The notes under the pieces: model-generated
Told to the model about the DNA's origin: nothing
Seen by the model: the letters and a program-made list of their open reading frames with translations, nothing else
Database searches by the model: none
NCBI GenBank assembly: GCA_038087875.1
Contig: JAXLNO010002577.1
Span: forward strand, 62,001-126,000
Length of the DNA: 64,000 bases
DNA from: Malacoraja senta
Taxonomy: Eukaryota
Direction: 5' to 3'
Translations under genes and position numbers: made by a program
Part shown: positions 1 to 14,255 of the stretch, piece after piece
Layout: every line of letters begins with the position of its first letter
Numbering within the stretch: position 1 is the stretch's first letter

Positions 1-2723
1 TGTCTGTAAAATAATACTTCTTCCATATTCCATCTGTCCACAGATGGATACCTTTTCAGTGGCACCAATCCTAGTACACTGATAACAGTCTGTTAAGACC
101 ATGGAAGGCTGTTCAATCTGTATCTTGCTTGAACTACTGAAGACATGTTAAATCCACTACTGCAATCAGAAGCAGCATTTGTTTAATTGCATGGCCTATC
201 AAAAAATGGCCATCATGCATCTTAGTGTTTTTTCTTTTTGCAGTCTGCAGCTGCTGGTAGTCCAATGGCCCATATTGTATTGCTGGAAATAACACTAATT
301 CTCCTAACAAACTGGCCACCTGTCTTAATTGAAGATTGTTGCTTTTCCAACTGCTTAATACAATCATCAATTAGCTTTACCCTTTACCCTGGGTAAATTA
401 CTACCTTTTCAATTGAATCAAATAATCAATTGTTGTAAGTATCGTTAACTTAATTTCTCTCTGGATGAATTAAACCCAACTTTCAAAAGTGGTTTGAATA
501 ATTTGAGAGAGATAACACAAATTCTCTTGTTCGTCCTAATTAGGACATCATCCAGTTAAGCCATCCACATCTGTCCTTGGACTCTAATTAGCCGCAAAAT
601 TGGTTTTACCAATTTAGTGAATTTCTAGGGACTGGTCAACCCGTTAGGCAGAACTTTGAATTGCCATAATTGTTCCTTTAGATAATTTTATCTTATAAAT
701 GAACAAACATTAAGTAATATACATCTTTCAGATCTATGTGCCATAAAACATCTTTTTTGAAATAAATTGTTTGGCAGTCTCAAAGTCTCTATTTTGAAGT
801 GTCTATACTTCACAAAATTTTAAAAACTTGTCAGATCTAAAATACTCCTCACCTTTTTAGGTTGAGAAATTTTAAACACAATTTGGTGGTTTTGATAAAC
901 CGACCTTTCAATTACTTGTTTATAAACAAGTTTTCAATTCAGCTTGAACCTCCATCAATTATTTTTATGTGAAATTGGAGTGTTCTGCTTGGAACATGCT
1001 GGATGGCAAATCAGTATTTGAATCGAATCAATTAGAAACCTTTCTATAATACTCAGAATAATAACTGAAGTAATTTTCTTCCAATATTTGGCTGTTTTTG
1101 CCTTAATATGTTCCCATAAGAACCAGGTCCACCTACCTCCTTTGTCATCTGAGTGACCTGTGGTCCCTGGCTCCTGGCAGGCAAAACCCACGATTTTTTG
1201 TTTTCCTGCTGCAGGACATCAACTGAGTACCTGCTTCAATGGTCGATTTGCTCCTGATGTCGGTCCAGGATTTTGTATGATGTCTGAAAGGATACGTCCT
1301 CTTTGCAGACGTGACGACCATTGATGTTATGATCAACTTTGCTGTTTTTGCCTCATTATCCAACTCTTTCCCACGATTCATGAGGTTTTTTCTCTGAAGA
1401 ATAAGTTGAATGACTGCACATTGCTGGGCTTTACAGAGTTGCTGCAACTTTGAGTTGATGTTGGACCGAATGGCATACTTCCTGAAACAATTCATCTTGA
1501 AGTGGGCGCTACATAGCAACCTTAGTGCCACTTGATGCATCTCCATCCATGGCCTCCATCCATTGTTTTGCAAATTGCAGTTGTTCATCAACCGAGCAGC
1601 TTCAATATTCTCTGCAGTTTACTTTCCTTAGGCTTACATGCCTTCGCCCATCTGGCCCCTTTATCTTGGTTCACTGCTGGTACTTTCAGCAATACGCAGT
1701 CCCTTGGGATCTCGTGCTTTTTTGGCATTTTCATCCATCGTAAACTACTAGAGCTGATGGTAGACACAATAGTTGATCACAGAGACCACGTCCTTTCCAG
1801 TGGCTCTCTTGACTCTGACGGGGCAGCGAATCGTACTACCAGGAATAAAACATCTGGCAGCTGCCGTCTTCGCTTGTATCGGCCTCACCGTCAGACTCAG
1901 GGTCAGAACTCTCACAGAGCAGCAAATCGTACTGCCAGGAATAGCCCATCTGGCAGCTGCCATCTTCGCTTATTTTGGAAACTCAGCTGACCCTGTGCAC
2001 GCGCCTCATCAATGAGGGTGTTATCAAGCAGCCCTTTACTAGGTGCTGCTGACCTGGCTTCTGGAGCCTGGTTCTGACATCACTCCTCCTGAAGTATGTT
2101 TTGTTGGAGCAACCTGTGTACAGGTTCTCCATTTGGAATATCCACTTCAGAAAGTGGTATCCAGCCTTGGAGGTGAATCCTAACTGACTCTTGCTCCATG
2201 ACCCTGACTTGTATGGTGCCTAGCACCCAACTGACGCTGGCTCCGTTCTTGAATGCACAAGTCCACAGTTCTCCCCGCTCCCAGCCGGCGACTGTTGTAG
2301 GGTATGAGGCAGTCCTTTACCGACCGCATTCCTGCAGCTTTTTATCGGCTTTGCCTTGCCCCACTGGTGCTGACTAAATTCCCTTCAGCCCCAATACCCA
2401 CAGTCGCTATGCTGTCGACTGTACCGTGGTCAGAGGCGGCTGGTCGCTGACCGCAATATTGCGACTTTATACCGGCTGTGCCGCTCGCCTCCTCCACTTG
2501 CCCGTTTTTTCCATGATGCCTGTGGAAAAATCCCCACAGACCCACAGCAAACGGACACAGAAATACTTGAAAAAAGTTTATACTTACCTTGTAGTTGAAA
2601 ACTACAATTCCACTAGAGGAGCTGACTCCTCGCGTCCGTTTGCGCCAATGCGTCTGACGTAATGACGCGCAGGCACACTGGCGGGGTTCTTCACGTAGTC
2701 ACTCACGTGACTCCGAAGTAAAA
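1..2723 (-). mobile_element. DIRS1-like tyrosine-recombinase retrotransposon (5' part, decayed, runs off the window start)
   Basis: The terminus TTCACGTAGTCACTCACGTGACTCCGAAGTAAAA (2691-2723) is the reverse complement of the left termini at 35287 and 57290. Minus-strand gag-like (1145-1591) and RT-like relics (GGRW..F, IDLKD) parallel 58600-59500. Confidence 0.85.
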
Positions 2724-3076
2724 TACAAGGTGTTCACCGTAGTTCCAATAGTCCCTCTTCACTATCGGCACCCCTGCTATGCTGGGTCGCACTGTGTTCT
2801 CTCAGCGGCATGTCCTCGACCGACCTCCGGCACTCACCGCAGGCCCGTCCAGTGTTTCAAGTCGGGTGCCTTCTTCTATTATGACAAACTAACTATTATA
2901 GACTCAATGGGTTTTTTTGCTCTGACTTTTCTACATATCATTTCTTCCAGGAGGAAAAAGTCGAACTCCTGGAATCTGACCTCGTTGAAGTTTTTTGCTC
3001 ATTTTAAATATACATTGTCTGGTTCAATGCTCAGTAGCTTACATCTACAGCATCCATTGAACAATGCATAAATTTA

Positions 3077-3203
3077 TGAAGAAGGGTTTCGGCCTGAAAC
3101 GTTGCCTATTTCCTTCGCTCCATAGATGCTGCTGCACCCGTTGAGTTTCTCCAGCATTTTTATGTACCTTCGATTTTCCAGCATCTGCAGTTCCTTCTTA
3201 AAC
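3077..3203 (+). mobile_element. Short Penelope-terminus (pLTR) fragment with a 16-bp flanking duplication
   Basis: Matches the terminus of the Penelope at 56268-56360. Flanked by ACAATGCATAAATTTA at 3061-3076 and 3204-3219. Confidence 0.75.
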
Positions 3204-4114
3204 ACAATGCATAAATTTACACATGCATCTGTGACAAGCTTCAGCCAAATATATCACATTTGTACAGTTCCCTAGCATTTATTTCCATAATAATGAGACA
3301 GTTTAATGGCACGGCGCAAACATACTGAGTGACTTTTCAACTGTGTTGCCTTGTCAGCATTTTCAAGGGGCTGGATCATAATTATTTACATCAACATATG
3401 GCACACTTTAAAAATTACGGGAGGTAAAACTATTCTGTTATTTTAATGGTTCACTCAGGGGATTGAGAGACAGAATCAAGTTCTGTAAATTATCATAGTC
3501 TTAAATTGGAGAGCATAGTTCCACTCAATAAATACTCAGTGAACTGTGTATAATGTACTATCATTCTCCAGAGTACTCAAGTAAGTCTGAATGCATTCAT
3601 TGCAATAGTACAGGGAAATTGACTTACTGTCCTACAGTTTTTAATGGATAGGGGGCAGTAAATATTGCATCATCCCTGTGATATTGTGATCAATTGTTTT
3701 TAACACGAAGATAAAGAATCTCAGTTTGTTTAATGAATTAGGAGCCACACCATAATTATAGTGGTGCAAGTTATATATGCCAAGCTGAATTTATTACTCA
3801 ACCTATTCTAGAATCACACTTATCTAGTTGGATATCATAGGCATGCAATTAAGAAAATCCTCAATATTGCCGACTGCAACAACTTTCAATGTGTAGAGTC
3901 CCTTCACGTACCAAAATGTTCCAAAACCTTCAACAGGAAAGATGTCCAACAAAAATTGTCACAATGATGGGAGCATTCGACCAAAAGCTTATGAACGTAC
4001 GGATTAGGAGTGGGTGCAAACCACATGTTCCGTCTGCTCTTAAGTAGACATACAGAGTGATAGAATCATACAGCATGGGAAACAGGCCCATGGATAGCAC
4101 TGAGCATTAGTGTT

Positions 4115-4960
4115 AAGCAAAACGATTGCTGAGTCTGCGCTTGGTCTCGCCGATATACAGGAGTCCACACCTGGAACAGCGGATACAGTAGATGTGTAAG
4201 TAAGTAAGGAAGTAAGTGCATTTTATTTATATAGCACATTTAAATCAACTCGCGTTGAAACCAAAGTGCTTTACATAAAAGAAATAATAAAAGAAATAAT
4301 AAAGTTTCCGTACATCCATAGATAAATTAAAAATCAGAAAAATGACATAACACATTATAGAATTCAACAAGAACGTCCCCCCACAACAGAATCAAAATTT
4401 TCCACTGTGGGGAAAGGCAACAAAAAGTTAAGTCCTCTTCCTCTGTGAAACACCCGAGGTCGGGGCCTATTTGTGGCCTCCGCAGCCAGTCCGATGTTTT
4501 CAGGCCCTCTTTGCCGGAAAGCTGGAACTCCGGCGTCAGGTAAACACTCCTCAGCGGCTTGGAAGATGAGGTTGGAGGAGGTGCAAGTAAACCTCTGCCT
4601 CACCTGAAAAGACTGTCGGGACCCTTGGACAGAGTCGAGGGAGGAAGTATAGGGACAGGTGTTTCATCTCCTGCGGTTGCATGGGAAAATTCCTGGGGAG
4701 GGGGTGGTTTGGGTGGGAAAGGACAAGTTGACCAGGGAGTTGTGGAGGGAACGGTCTCTGCGGAAGGCAGAAAGGGGTGGAGATGTGAAGATGCAGCCAG
4801 TGGTGGGATCCCGTTAGAGGTGGCAAAAATGTCAGAGGATGATGTGTTGTATGCGACGGCTGATGGGGTGAAAGGTGAGGACTAGGGGGACTCTGTGTCC
4901 CTGTTATAACTGGGGGGAGGGGGAACAAGAGCGGAACTACTGGATACAGAGGAGACAAGT
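4115..4960 (-). mobile_element. Penelope-like element fragment (GIY-YIG region), interrupted
   Basis: The minus strand encodes RQRFTCTSSNLI..YIGETKRRL, homologous to 55261-56157. Confidence 0.8.
4195..4563 (-). mobile_element. Non-LTR 3'-end insertion (L2-like tail) inside the Penelope fragment
   Basis: AGATG is duplicated at 4190-4194 and 4564-4568. The minus-strand end is GTAAAGCACTTTG..GTGCTATATAAATAAA followed by an (ACTT)n tail. Confidence 0.6.
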
Positions 4961-5171
4961 GACACAAGAAGAACCTGTTCCTGAATCAAGATACCACACA
5001 TCCAATATATGCCCTTTGGCACCTGGTCACATCAGTCTGTGGTGGTGTTATCAAACTAGCCTTGGTGATGGACATTAAGTACCCACCCAGAGTATATTCC
5101 ATGCCCTTGCTACTTCAAGTGCTTCTTTGCAATATAGAGAAGCACTAATTTGTCAGCTGGTAAAGGGCCTT

Positions 5172-5405
5172 TCATACAAAGGGGGGTGGGTGTATAGAAC
5201 AAGCTGTCAGAAGAGGTAGTTGAAGCTGGGACTATCCCAACATTTAAGAAACGTTTAGACATGTACATGGATAGAACAGGTTTGGAGGGATATGGACCAA
5301 ACGCAGGCAGGTGGGACTAGTGTAGCTGGGACATGTTGGCCGGTGTGGGCAAGTTGGGCCGAGGAGCCTATTTCCACACTGTATCACTCTATGGCTCTAT
5401 GACTA
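5172..5405 (+). mobile_element. CR1 LINE 3' fragment
   Basis: Degenerate W/YNKLSEEVVEAGTI..FKKRLD.YMD motif and CR1 3' UTR. Confidence 0.75.
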
Positions 5406-5519
5406 TAAAGGGGAATAGATGGCAATCTGGAGGAGGTTTCCTTGCCTGTGTTTGCCCTTATATCATAAGAATACTGGGCTATTCACTAACATCTACAAAC
5501 CGCTGTGCTGTCACCTCCA

Positions 5520-6043
5520 GGGACATTATTGCTATTGAGGGAGTGGAGCGTAGGTTCACCAGGTTAATTCCCAGTATGGCGGGACTGACACATAATGAAA
5601 GAATGGGTTGACTGGGTTTATATTCACTGGAATTTAGCTGGATGAGAGGGAATCTTATAGAAACATATACTGTAACATTCTTAAGGAATTGGACAGGCAA
5701 AATGCAGGAAAAATGTTCTCCATGTTGGGGGAGTCCAGAACCAAGGGTCACAGTCAAGAATAAGGGGGAGGCCATTTAGGACTGAGATGAGGAAAAACAT
5801 TTTCACCCAGAGAGTTGTGAATCTGTGGAATTCTCCGGCACAGAAGGCAGTAGAGGCCAATTCACTGGATGTTTTCAAGAGAGAGTTAAATAAAGCTCTT
5901 AGGACTAAGGGAATCAAGGGATATGGGGATAAAGCAGGAACTGGGTACTGATTTTGGATGATCAGCCATGGTCATATTGAATGGTGGTGCTGGCTCGAAG
6001 GACCGAATGGTCTACTCCTGCACCTATTTTCTATGTTTCTATG
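5520..6043 (+). mobile_element. CR1 LINE 3' fragment
   Basis: IEGVERRFTRLIP..FTQRVVNLWNSP; 3' UTR with a (TTTCTATG)n tail. Confidence 0.9.
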
Positions 6044-6540
6044 AAACTGCCGTACACTTGAGACAGGTGGTATTCGAAGATTGTGAAGACAACCGCACAT
6101 TTACTAGTACGGTGCTTTGAGAACAAAGCCAGGCTATGACTTGACCGTTCTGTGGATTATTTATGCACCAACCGTCAGATGTTTACGAGAAGGTCTCAGC
6201 AAGATCCGCTACTGTTAAATCTGACGGGGGGACCAGGCGGGGAACCGCCGAGAACGATGGGGGGACCCTGCGTAGGGCCGCCAAGGAATGAAGAACGTGC
6301 AGTGGGAGGCCTAGTTCACCGCTGCGAGCAGATAAAACTATTTGATTGACCTTTTGCAACTTTGTCAGCATCAGAACCAAGGCGACTCTTGTATACTGCC
6401 TAGGTGAGGTCTGCCTTATGATTTTACCGGGTTGTATGCAAAACAAAGCATTTCAATGTACCTAGGCACATGTGACAATAAACTATCTTTGAATTATTGA
6501 ATAATTGAATCATTGAACTAACAGGGACCTAATTCATTAA

Positions 6541-6750
6541 TGTAGGAATGTAGGAAGGAACTGCAGATGCTGGTTTAAACCGAAGATAGACACAAAAAGC
6601 TGGAGTAACTCAGCAGGTCAGACAGCATCTCTGGAGAGAAGGAATAGGTGACGTTTCGAGTCGAGTCCCTTCTTCTGAACCCTATTCCCTATTCCTTTTC
6701 TCCAGAAATGCTGTTCAACCCATTGAGTTACTGCAGGTTTTTTTTGTCTA
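6541..6750. repeat. Palindromic Penelope-terminus-derived repeat (related copies ~8180, 12010, 12820, 14760, 18055, 25010, 43255, 54638)
   Basis: Inverted arms GCTGGAGTAACTCAG..CAGCATCT / AGATGCTG..GAGTTACT around a GACGTTTCG..GACCCTTCTTC core shared with the Penelope terminus at 56262-56360. Confidence 0.7.
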
Positions 6751-7387
6751 TAATGGGAAATCATGCACCATCTCGGGTATCCAAACAATATGTTGCCAAA
6801 GTTTGCAACCAAAACCAAGAGCTGCAGAACCAGCCATCACAAGAGCAGTCCCACTATACCAACCTGGAGAGTTTCAATTTAAAACTATCTGGATTCTGCA
6901 GGGAAAGGAGCATGATTCCTTAATGAAGGATGATACATTTTTTTTTATATCTTGCCTGCCTGAGTAATACTGCAGGGAGAAGGTGATGGTGTATTCATTA
7001 ATTTTTTAACATTTTCATTAATAAGCTGAAAAACAAAAGTTCTGCTTCACAGATAGAATTGATTGTTGGGTTATTAAGAATAATGAATTTTTGAATTATG
7101 ATAATTAGCCCAAATTATGCAAATTAATATAATTTGAACATGACTACTATATTACATGCTGCCCTTCTCATCTTTATGGACTTTGAATATTATAATCTCC
7201 ATGATTGAAGAGGTAGCACATATAGGTGCCTAATTTATATACCCAAAAAGTTGATAATAAAATAGTCTATCTCATTAACTGAAGCACTATTAAAGTTTTT
7301 TTTAGTTTGCAGATCATAAAATGAGTAATAGACTGTGAGGTGGTGCAGTGCAGTACAAAAGGCATTTGTGCAATATTAATGGTTCTT

Positions 7388-8130
7388 CATAAGTTCATAA
7401 GTTATAGAAGCAGAATTGGGCCATTCGGCCCATCGTCTACTCCACCATTCAATGATGGCTGATTTCTCTTTCCCTCTCAACTCCATTCTCCTGCCTTCAC
7501 CCCATAACCCCTGACACTCTTACGCCCTAATCAAGAATCTGTCAATATCTGCCTTAAAAATATCCATTGATGGCCTCCACAGCTGGCTGTGGCAATGAAT
7601 TCCACAGATTCACCATCCTCTGATGAAAGAAATTGCCTCTCATCTTTCTAAAGATACACCCTTTTATTCTGAGGCTGTGGCCTCTGGTCCTAGACTATCC
7701 CACTAGTGGAAACATCCTCTCCACATTCACTCTATCCAGGTAAGTTTCAATGAGGTAGAGTCCCCTCATCCTTCTAAACTCCAGCAAGTACAGGCCCAGT
7801 GCCGTCAAATGCTCATTGTTTGTTATCCCAATCATTCCTGGGATCATTCTCGTAAATTTCCTCTGGACCCTCTCCAATGCCAGCACATCCTTCCTCAGAT
7901 ATGGGGCCTAAAACTGCTCACAATACTCCAAATGCAGCCTGACCAGTGTCTTATAAAGTCTCAGCATTACATTCCTGTTTTTATATTCTAGTCCCCTCAA
8001 AATAAATGCTAACATAGCATTTGCCTTCCTTACTACCGATTCGACTTGCAAATTAACTTTTTGGGAATCTTGCTCCAGCGCTCCCAAGTCCCTTTGCACC
8101 TCCAATTTCTGAATTCTCTCCCATTTACTG
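7388..8130 (-). mobile_element. CR1 LINE 3' fragment
   Basis: Minus-strand ORFs KANAMLAFILRGLEYK..LVRLHLEYC and LERVQRKFTRMIPG. Confidence 0.9.
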
Positions 8131-8386
8131 TGGAAAATAATCCAGGATTGTGTAATAGAACAAGGTATTTCTATCTGTAGAAGGGTCCCCATCTGAAACA
8201 TCACCTGTCTATGTTCTCCAGGGATGCTGCCTGATCCACTAAGTTACTCCAGCAAATTGTGTTTTATTTCTGCAGAGGTTAGTTTGCCGATTGATAAGTA
8301 TCTCTTGTATAAGTTTGATACGTAGTTGAAAATGTTTAATAATATAACAATAAATAGAATTCCTCAAAATATTAAGTGTAACTTAA

Positions 8387-8702
8387 GGGTGGCACGGTGG
8401 CGCAGTGGTAGAGTTGCTGCCTTACAGTGCTTGCAGCACCGGAGACCCAGTTTCAATCCCAACTATGGGTGCTGTCTGTACAGAGTTTGTACGTTCTCCC
8501 CGTGATTGTGTAGGTTTTCTCCGAAATCTTCGGTTTCCTCCCACATTCCAAAGGTTTACAGGTTTGTAGGTTAATTGTCTTGGGTTTGAATACTTGGTAT
8601 AAGTGTGAATTGTCCCTAGGGTGTGTAGGATAGTGTTAATGGGCTCGACGGGCCGAAGGGACTATTTCCGCACTGTATCTCTAAACTAAACTAAACTAAA
8701 CT
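8387..8702 (+). mobile_element. tRNA-derived V-SINE (HE1-like)
   Basis: A/B-box-like head GGTGGCGCAGTGG..GTTTCAATCCC, V-core GTTTGTACGTTCTCCCCGTG..GGTTTCCTCCCAC, (CTAAA)n tail. Confidence 0.8.
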
Positions 8703-9264
8703 GCATTTGCTGCATAGTGACCAAAGTCTTCCTTACCTGATAACATCTTAGTTTTATAATATTTTGGGTTAACGTTTAGTTTAGTTTAGTTGCATCACTT
8801 ACTGTACATTCTGAAAAATAAGGCGTAGTAAGTATTATCATGACAATGTTTAATGGAGAGGGATTGTAAACTATACACTGTAGATGGCTCGATTGTAATC
8901 ATGTATTGTCTTTCCGCTGACTGGATATACACAACAAAAGCTTTTCACTGTACCTCGGTACACGTGACAATAAACTAAACTGAACTATGAAATATGTATA
9001 TTGCTGATAATCATGATACAAAAGATAACTGATTTACATATTTTTAAGACTTTTTGTCGTGCATTACTATTTTCCCATTGGCGTTGAGATTTGAAAGATT
9101 TAAACAGATACGGTGTGGTAGAAAAACCCAAACAGGTTCTTGCTGCAGGTTTCTTCCAGAAGCACAATATTTACAATGCATTCATAAAAATATGATCTAT
9201 TCTGTGACCCTAAAGCCCATCAGTTAACTAATTGCACTTTAAACTTGTTGTGGGATCAGAAGTT

Positions 9265-9580
9265 GACACAGTGATGCAGCAGGTAGAGCTGCTGCCTCAA
9301 CTCTCCAGAGACCCAGCTTCGATCCTGACCTCGGGTGCTGTCTGTGTGGAGTTTGCACATTCTCACTATGACCTCATGAGTTTCCTGTGGGTGGTTCGGT
9401 TTTCTCCCACATCTGAAAGGTCTGTGTGTTTATAGGTTAACTGGCCTCTGTAAACTGCCCCAAGTGTGTAGGCAGGAGATGAGAAAGTGGGATAACATAG
9501 AACTAGCGTGAATGGGTGATCGATGGTGGGCTGAAGAGCCTGATTCCATGCTGTATCTCTAAACTATACAAAACTTAACT
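9265..9580 (+). mobile_element. tRNA-derived V-SINE
   Basis: Same head, core and tail as the 8387 copy, more diverged. Confidence 0.75.
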
Positions 9581-10304
9581 GAACTTTTGACCTTCTGTTT
9601 GACACCATAACTAAGATGGTGCTATCTTTATAAATGTATGCATGTAGCTGAGCATGGAGGGGCATATGAGTTCATGAGCATTTGAGAACGCTATTCAACA
9701 ACCTAGTACAGCTTTAAACATTGTATGATGCAAGAGCTTAGGTTTATGATGCAAGAGCTAAGGTTTATGATAGGTTTGAAAAGTCTTTAAAGCCTATTGG
9801 ATTAATCAGAAACAATTCCCAGTCTGGGTTTAAAAATCAATAAATTGTTCATTTGGTGAACGATTAGAGAGAAAGATACTGAGAGTGAAAACATTTTGTG
9901 CTGGAAAGTATTCCTTCCAAGGTTTTGTTCATCTCTGCTTTTAAAGGCATTACAGCTGTGGATCAATAAACCTGACTATTGTGAACATTGAACTCTGGTC
10001 TGTTTTCATTTTATCACAGAATCTACCTTCAGTAGATTACAAACTCGATTGTGCCAGGTTTTCTTTTGAATTGCATTACTTCTCAGCCGAATATCAAAAT
10101 CAGAGCAAAAGTCTATCCTTGATTAGGTAGATCAGGTTAAGCAGATTACGTAGGGTTAAAAAGGTGGCTCAGCAGAACATTTCAAAGCAACACTGTTGGT
10201 TTATAGGCTTTCAAACTGAGACTTTACATAACCATCTACACCAACACCTACATGGAAAGAAACCTAACCATGAAAATGGCAATGTGGAAAGATGTAGTAG
10301 TACT

Positions 10305-11725
10305 AAAGAGCGCAAATGGTATGCTTGACTTCATATTGGTTGAAGTATTGAGTATAAGAGGCAGGAAATCATGATGCAGCTTTATAGGACTTTGTTAGGC
10401 CACATTTGGAGTATTGCATGCAGTTCCAGTGTAATTATGCTCCTAAAGCTAAACCCCCTCTAGTTCAGTAAAACACTGAGTCAAGCACTGGACCACTAAA
10501 ATTTATTTTTTTGAACGAACAATGAACCCCTATACGATACCTAAACCACCGCGGGTTCGATCCTTGTCTCTGCCTGGCCAAGCCCTTCAGCCTCGTGCAA
10601 GAAGACACTTCCAAAAGGTCACGCAGTCCCAAGCGCCATTCCAGAAGATCGCCAACGATCCTAGTGGGGGCTACCTTTTCTACGTCAATGAACCCTGAGG
10701 GGCCGAATTACATAGGGGTGGCGTCCCTTACAAGCCAATCACACATATCAATTTCATTAAAGTATTATTGACAGTCCCCCAACCCAATTACAAAGAGTCC
10801 CAATACAATGTTTCTACAGAAGCTTCTGGAAAGTAGTGAGCTAACTGAACAATGCAACATTTACCGTGGCAGTACAAACAATCCAGCCAGGTCTTCACAC
10901 TTCAGCCAATCATCAAACAGCAGTATAACTGTCTTGCAAAAATATTAACATTATTTACAATCCCTTTGCAGCAATCCAATCAAGCCAATGCACCAACAAC
11001 CCCTGAGAGTTTCTCTGCAGAATCCTCGTACATTTTATCAATTGGGAGGACATCTGGACCTCACCTTATCTGATGTATTGACCTGGGACCTAGACTTCCT
11101 GGCACCAGCTCGCAGCTTGTGGCTTCTTACAGAAAAGGGCTAACAAGTTTTGTAGATGCATAAATCCTTTACTTTATTTTAGCTCTGTTTTGGCCAGGAT
11201 TTACACCGGTTGCCCCATTACAGGAGGGACGTGGAGGCTTAGGGGAGGGTGTGGAAGAGGTTTACCAGAAGGATACCTGAATAAGAGGGCAATAGCTACA
11301 GGGAGAGGTTGGACGGACTTGGATTGTTTTCCCTGAAACACCAAAGGCTGCAGGGAGACCTGATAGAAGTATATGAAATTATGAGAGCAATTGATAAAGT
11401 ATACATCAGAACCTTTTTCCCAGGATGGAAATATAAAAATCGAGAGGGCATATCTTCAAGATGAAAGGGACAAAGTTTAAAGGGGATGCGTGGGGCACGA
11501 TCTTTACACAGATGGTGGTGAGTGCCTGGAATGTGTTGCCGGAGATGGTGGGGGCAGAAACAATAGTGGTGTTTAACAGGCTTTTAGATAGGTTCATGGA
11601 TATGCAGGGAATGGAGGGATATTGATTCTGTCTAGGCAGACAAGAGTTGGTCTTGGCAACATGTTCAGCACAAACATTGTGGGCCAAAGGGCTTGATCCT
11701 GTGCTGTACAGTTCTATGTTCTATG
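10305..11725 (+). mobile_element. CR1 LINE 3' fragment interrupted by a solo LTR
   Basis: LYRTL.RPHLEYCMQF before 10430 resumes as PHYRRDVEAL.RVWKRFTR after 11205; CR1 tail near 11715. Confidence 0.85.
10430..11205 (-). mobile_element. Solo LTR, family A (776 bp)
   Basis: TGTAA...TTACA termini, 4-bp flanks CCAG/CCGG, minus-strand AATAAA near 10502. Homologous to 22574-23351 in the opposite orientation. Confidence 0.8.
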
Positions 11726-13324
11726 GTAACGTAAATATGTTATTAAAATGTTGTTACAAATAGAGGCAATTGAGCTGGTCCATATAGTATGGTTCCTCAT
11801 GCACAGTAGGTTCTCAGTTTAAGACTGATCACAGCATCTGGTGGGGTTGTATGAGCAGTGGGTAAAGGTCTGGTGAAATATTAAAAGTTTAAAACTGACC
11901 ACCTCCAGTGTGGGACAAGAGGTTAGTAGTTAGCTTCTCCTCAGAAAAGAGTGGATCAGTTATTGTCGTTAATGAGGTAGGCAGCCATTAAATTAAGATG
12001 GAGACTTATGGAACTGGAGATGCTGCAATATTGGGTAAATCACAAAGTGCTGGAGAAACTCACCAAGTGTGGCAGCATCTATGGAGGGAATGGATAGGCA
12101 ATGGTTGGGACCCCTCTTCAGACTCAGCCATTGAATGAATCTGCTTTATGGGTGAATCCCTGATGAATATGTTTCCAAAAGAAAGCAGGGACAGTTACAG
12201 GGACCATCACTGCATGGGAAGGAAAACTGGTTGGTAGTATCCTGATGAATCAGGCTTTCCCACCGGAGTCCTAACTGGGAGAAAACTAAAGACCATGCCC
12301 CTACCCCAACACCTTTCATAGATTTCTTCTTCCCACTGCCTGCGCACATGGATTTTGACAAAAGGATCAAACGTAAAAATAACAAAGAAGACATATCAGT
12401 GGTGATTTGGGCAGTCATATAGAATGTAAGTAGTTGTCCACTATGGTATTTCGGTCACAGTTTGTGATGGAGGATCAATGGAAGTGAATAGAACAATATA
12501 AATAATTTCTTCAGTCCTTTGCACATGGCACACCAGTATTTTTCAATATGGCTCAACAACATAAGTTGGTTTCTTAATGCTTATTCATAGACACAGAGAT
12601 TTCTGTACAAAACTTTCAATTGATATTTTGGGGTTGCACTGGGCCAACTCAGAACAATAATCATGGGTAGCTCATACTTGTCTGTATCTAAATATGAACA
12701 TTTCTACTCACTGCTTCCAGTGTTTGTCTGGATGTTGTAAACAAATCTCTCTTGCTGTTACAGATGGTTCCACAATAAAATAAAATCCTCACAGACTGAT
12801 TTGTGGCTTTAGAATGAATTACACAGAGTGGGAGTAACTTATCGAGTCAGGCAGCATCCAAGAAAAGTAATTGGTGACAATTCGAATCGAGATCCTTCTT
12901 CAGTCTGAAGAAGGATCTCGACCCAAAACGTCAATTATTCCTTTTCTCCGAGCTGCTGAGTGACTCACTGAGTTACTCCAGCATTTTGCGTCTATCTTCG
13001 GTGTAAACCAGCATCTGCAGTTCCTTCCTACACATAGAGCGGGAAATGTATTGGGCTGGGCTTCTTTGTAACTGGTCAAAGGCCAACAGCTGGTGTACAA
13101 TCGGCTATCCTTGTTTAACCCAGTCCAATTTTAATTTCCATTAACTTGAATGAGAATTAAAATTGGATGTATTGTTTAACAGACTAAATTGCTCCCCCCA
13201 AAAGTCTTCTTAGTAGTTGCCTTCAACTGAGATCCCATCTTTTCCCTTCATTTTCTCTGAAGAACATAGAACAGTACAGCATAAAAACAGCCCCTTCAGC
13301 CCCCAATGTCTGTGCTGAACATTA

Positions 13325-14255
13325 TCAAAATTGCAGATGACACAAAGCTGGGTGGCTGTGTGAACTGTGAGGAGGATGCTATGAGGATGCAGGGTGACTT
13401 GGACAGGTTGGGTGAGTGGGCAGATGCATGGCAGATGCAGTTTAATGTGGATAAATGTGAGGTTATCCACTTTGGTAGCAAAAACAGGAAGGCAGATTAT
13501 TATCTGATTGGTGTCAAGTCTGGAAAAGGGGAAGTACAACAGGATCTGGGTGTCCTTGTTCATCAGACAATGAAAGTAAACATGCAGGTACAGCAGGCAG
13601 TGAAGAAAGCTAATGGCATGTTGGCCTTCATAACAAGAGGAGTTGAGTATAGGAGCAAAGAGGTCCTTCTGCAGTTGTACAGGGGCATAGTGAGACCACG
13701 CCTGAAGTATTGTGTACAGTTTTGGTCTCCAAATTTGAGGAAGGACAGTCTTGTGATTGAGGGAGCGCAGCGTAGGTTCACAAGGTTAATTCCCGGGATG
13801 GCGGGACTGTCATATGTTGATAGAATGGAGCTGCTGGGCTTGTTTACTCTGGAATTTAGAAAAATGAGAGGGGATCTTATTGAAACAAATAAGATTATTA
13901 AGGGATTGGACACGTTAGAGGCAGGAAACATGTTCCCGGTGTTGGGGGAGTGCAGAACCAGGGGCCACAGTTTAAGAATAAGGGGTAGGCCATTTAGAAT
14001 GGATATGAGGAAAAACATTTTTACCCAGAGAGTTGTGAATCTGTGGAATTCTCTGCCTCAGAAGGCAGTGGAGGCCAATTCTCTGGATTCTTTCAAGAGA
14101 GAGTTAGATAGAGCTCTTAAAGATAGCAGAGTCAGGGGATATGGGGAGAAGGCAGGAAGGGGTACTGATTGTGGATGATCAGCCATGATCACAGTGAATG
14201 GCGGTGCTGGCTTGAAGGGCCGAATGGCCTACTCCTGCATCTATTGTCTATTGTC
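13325..14255 (+). mobile_element. CR1 LINE ORF2 (RT C-terminus) and 3' UTR
   Basis: 290-aa ORF with ADDTKL, WQMQFNVDKC, YCVQFWSP and FTQRVVNLWNSLP; (CTATTGT)n tail. Confidence 0.95.

Noticed and set aside
8387-8465. tRNA gene
   Set aside because: tRNA-like head of a multicopy SINE, continuous with the V-core and tail.
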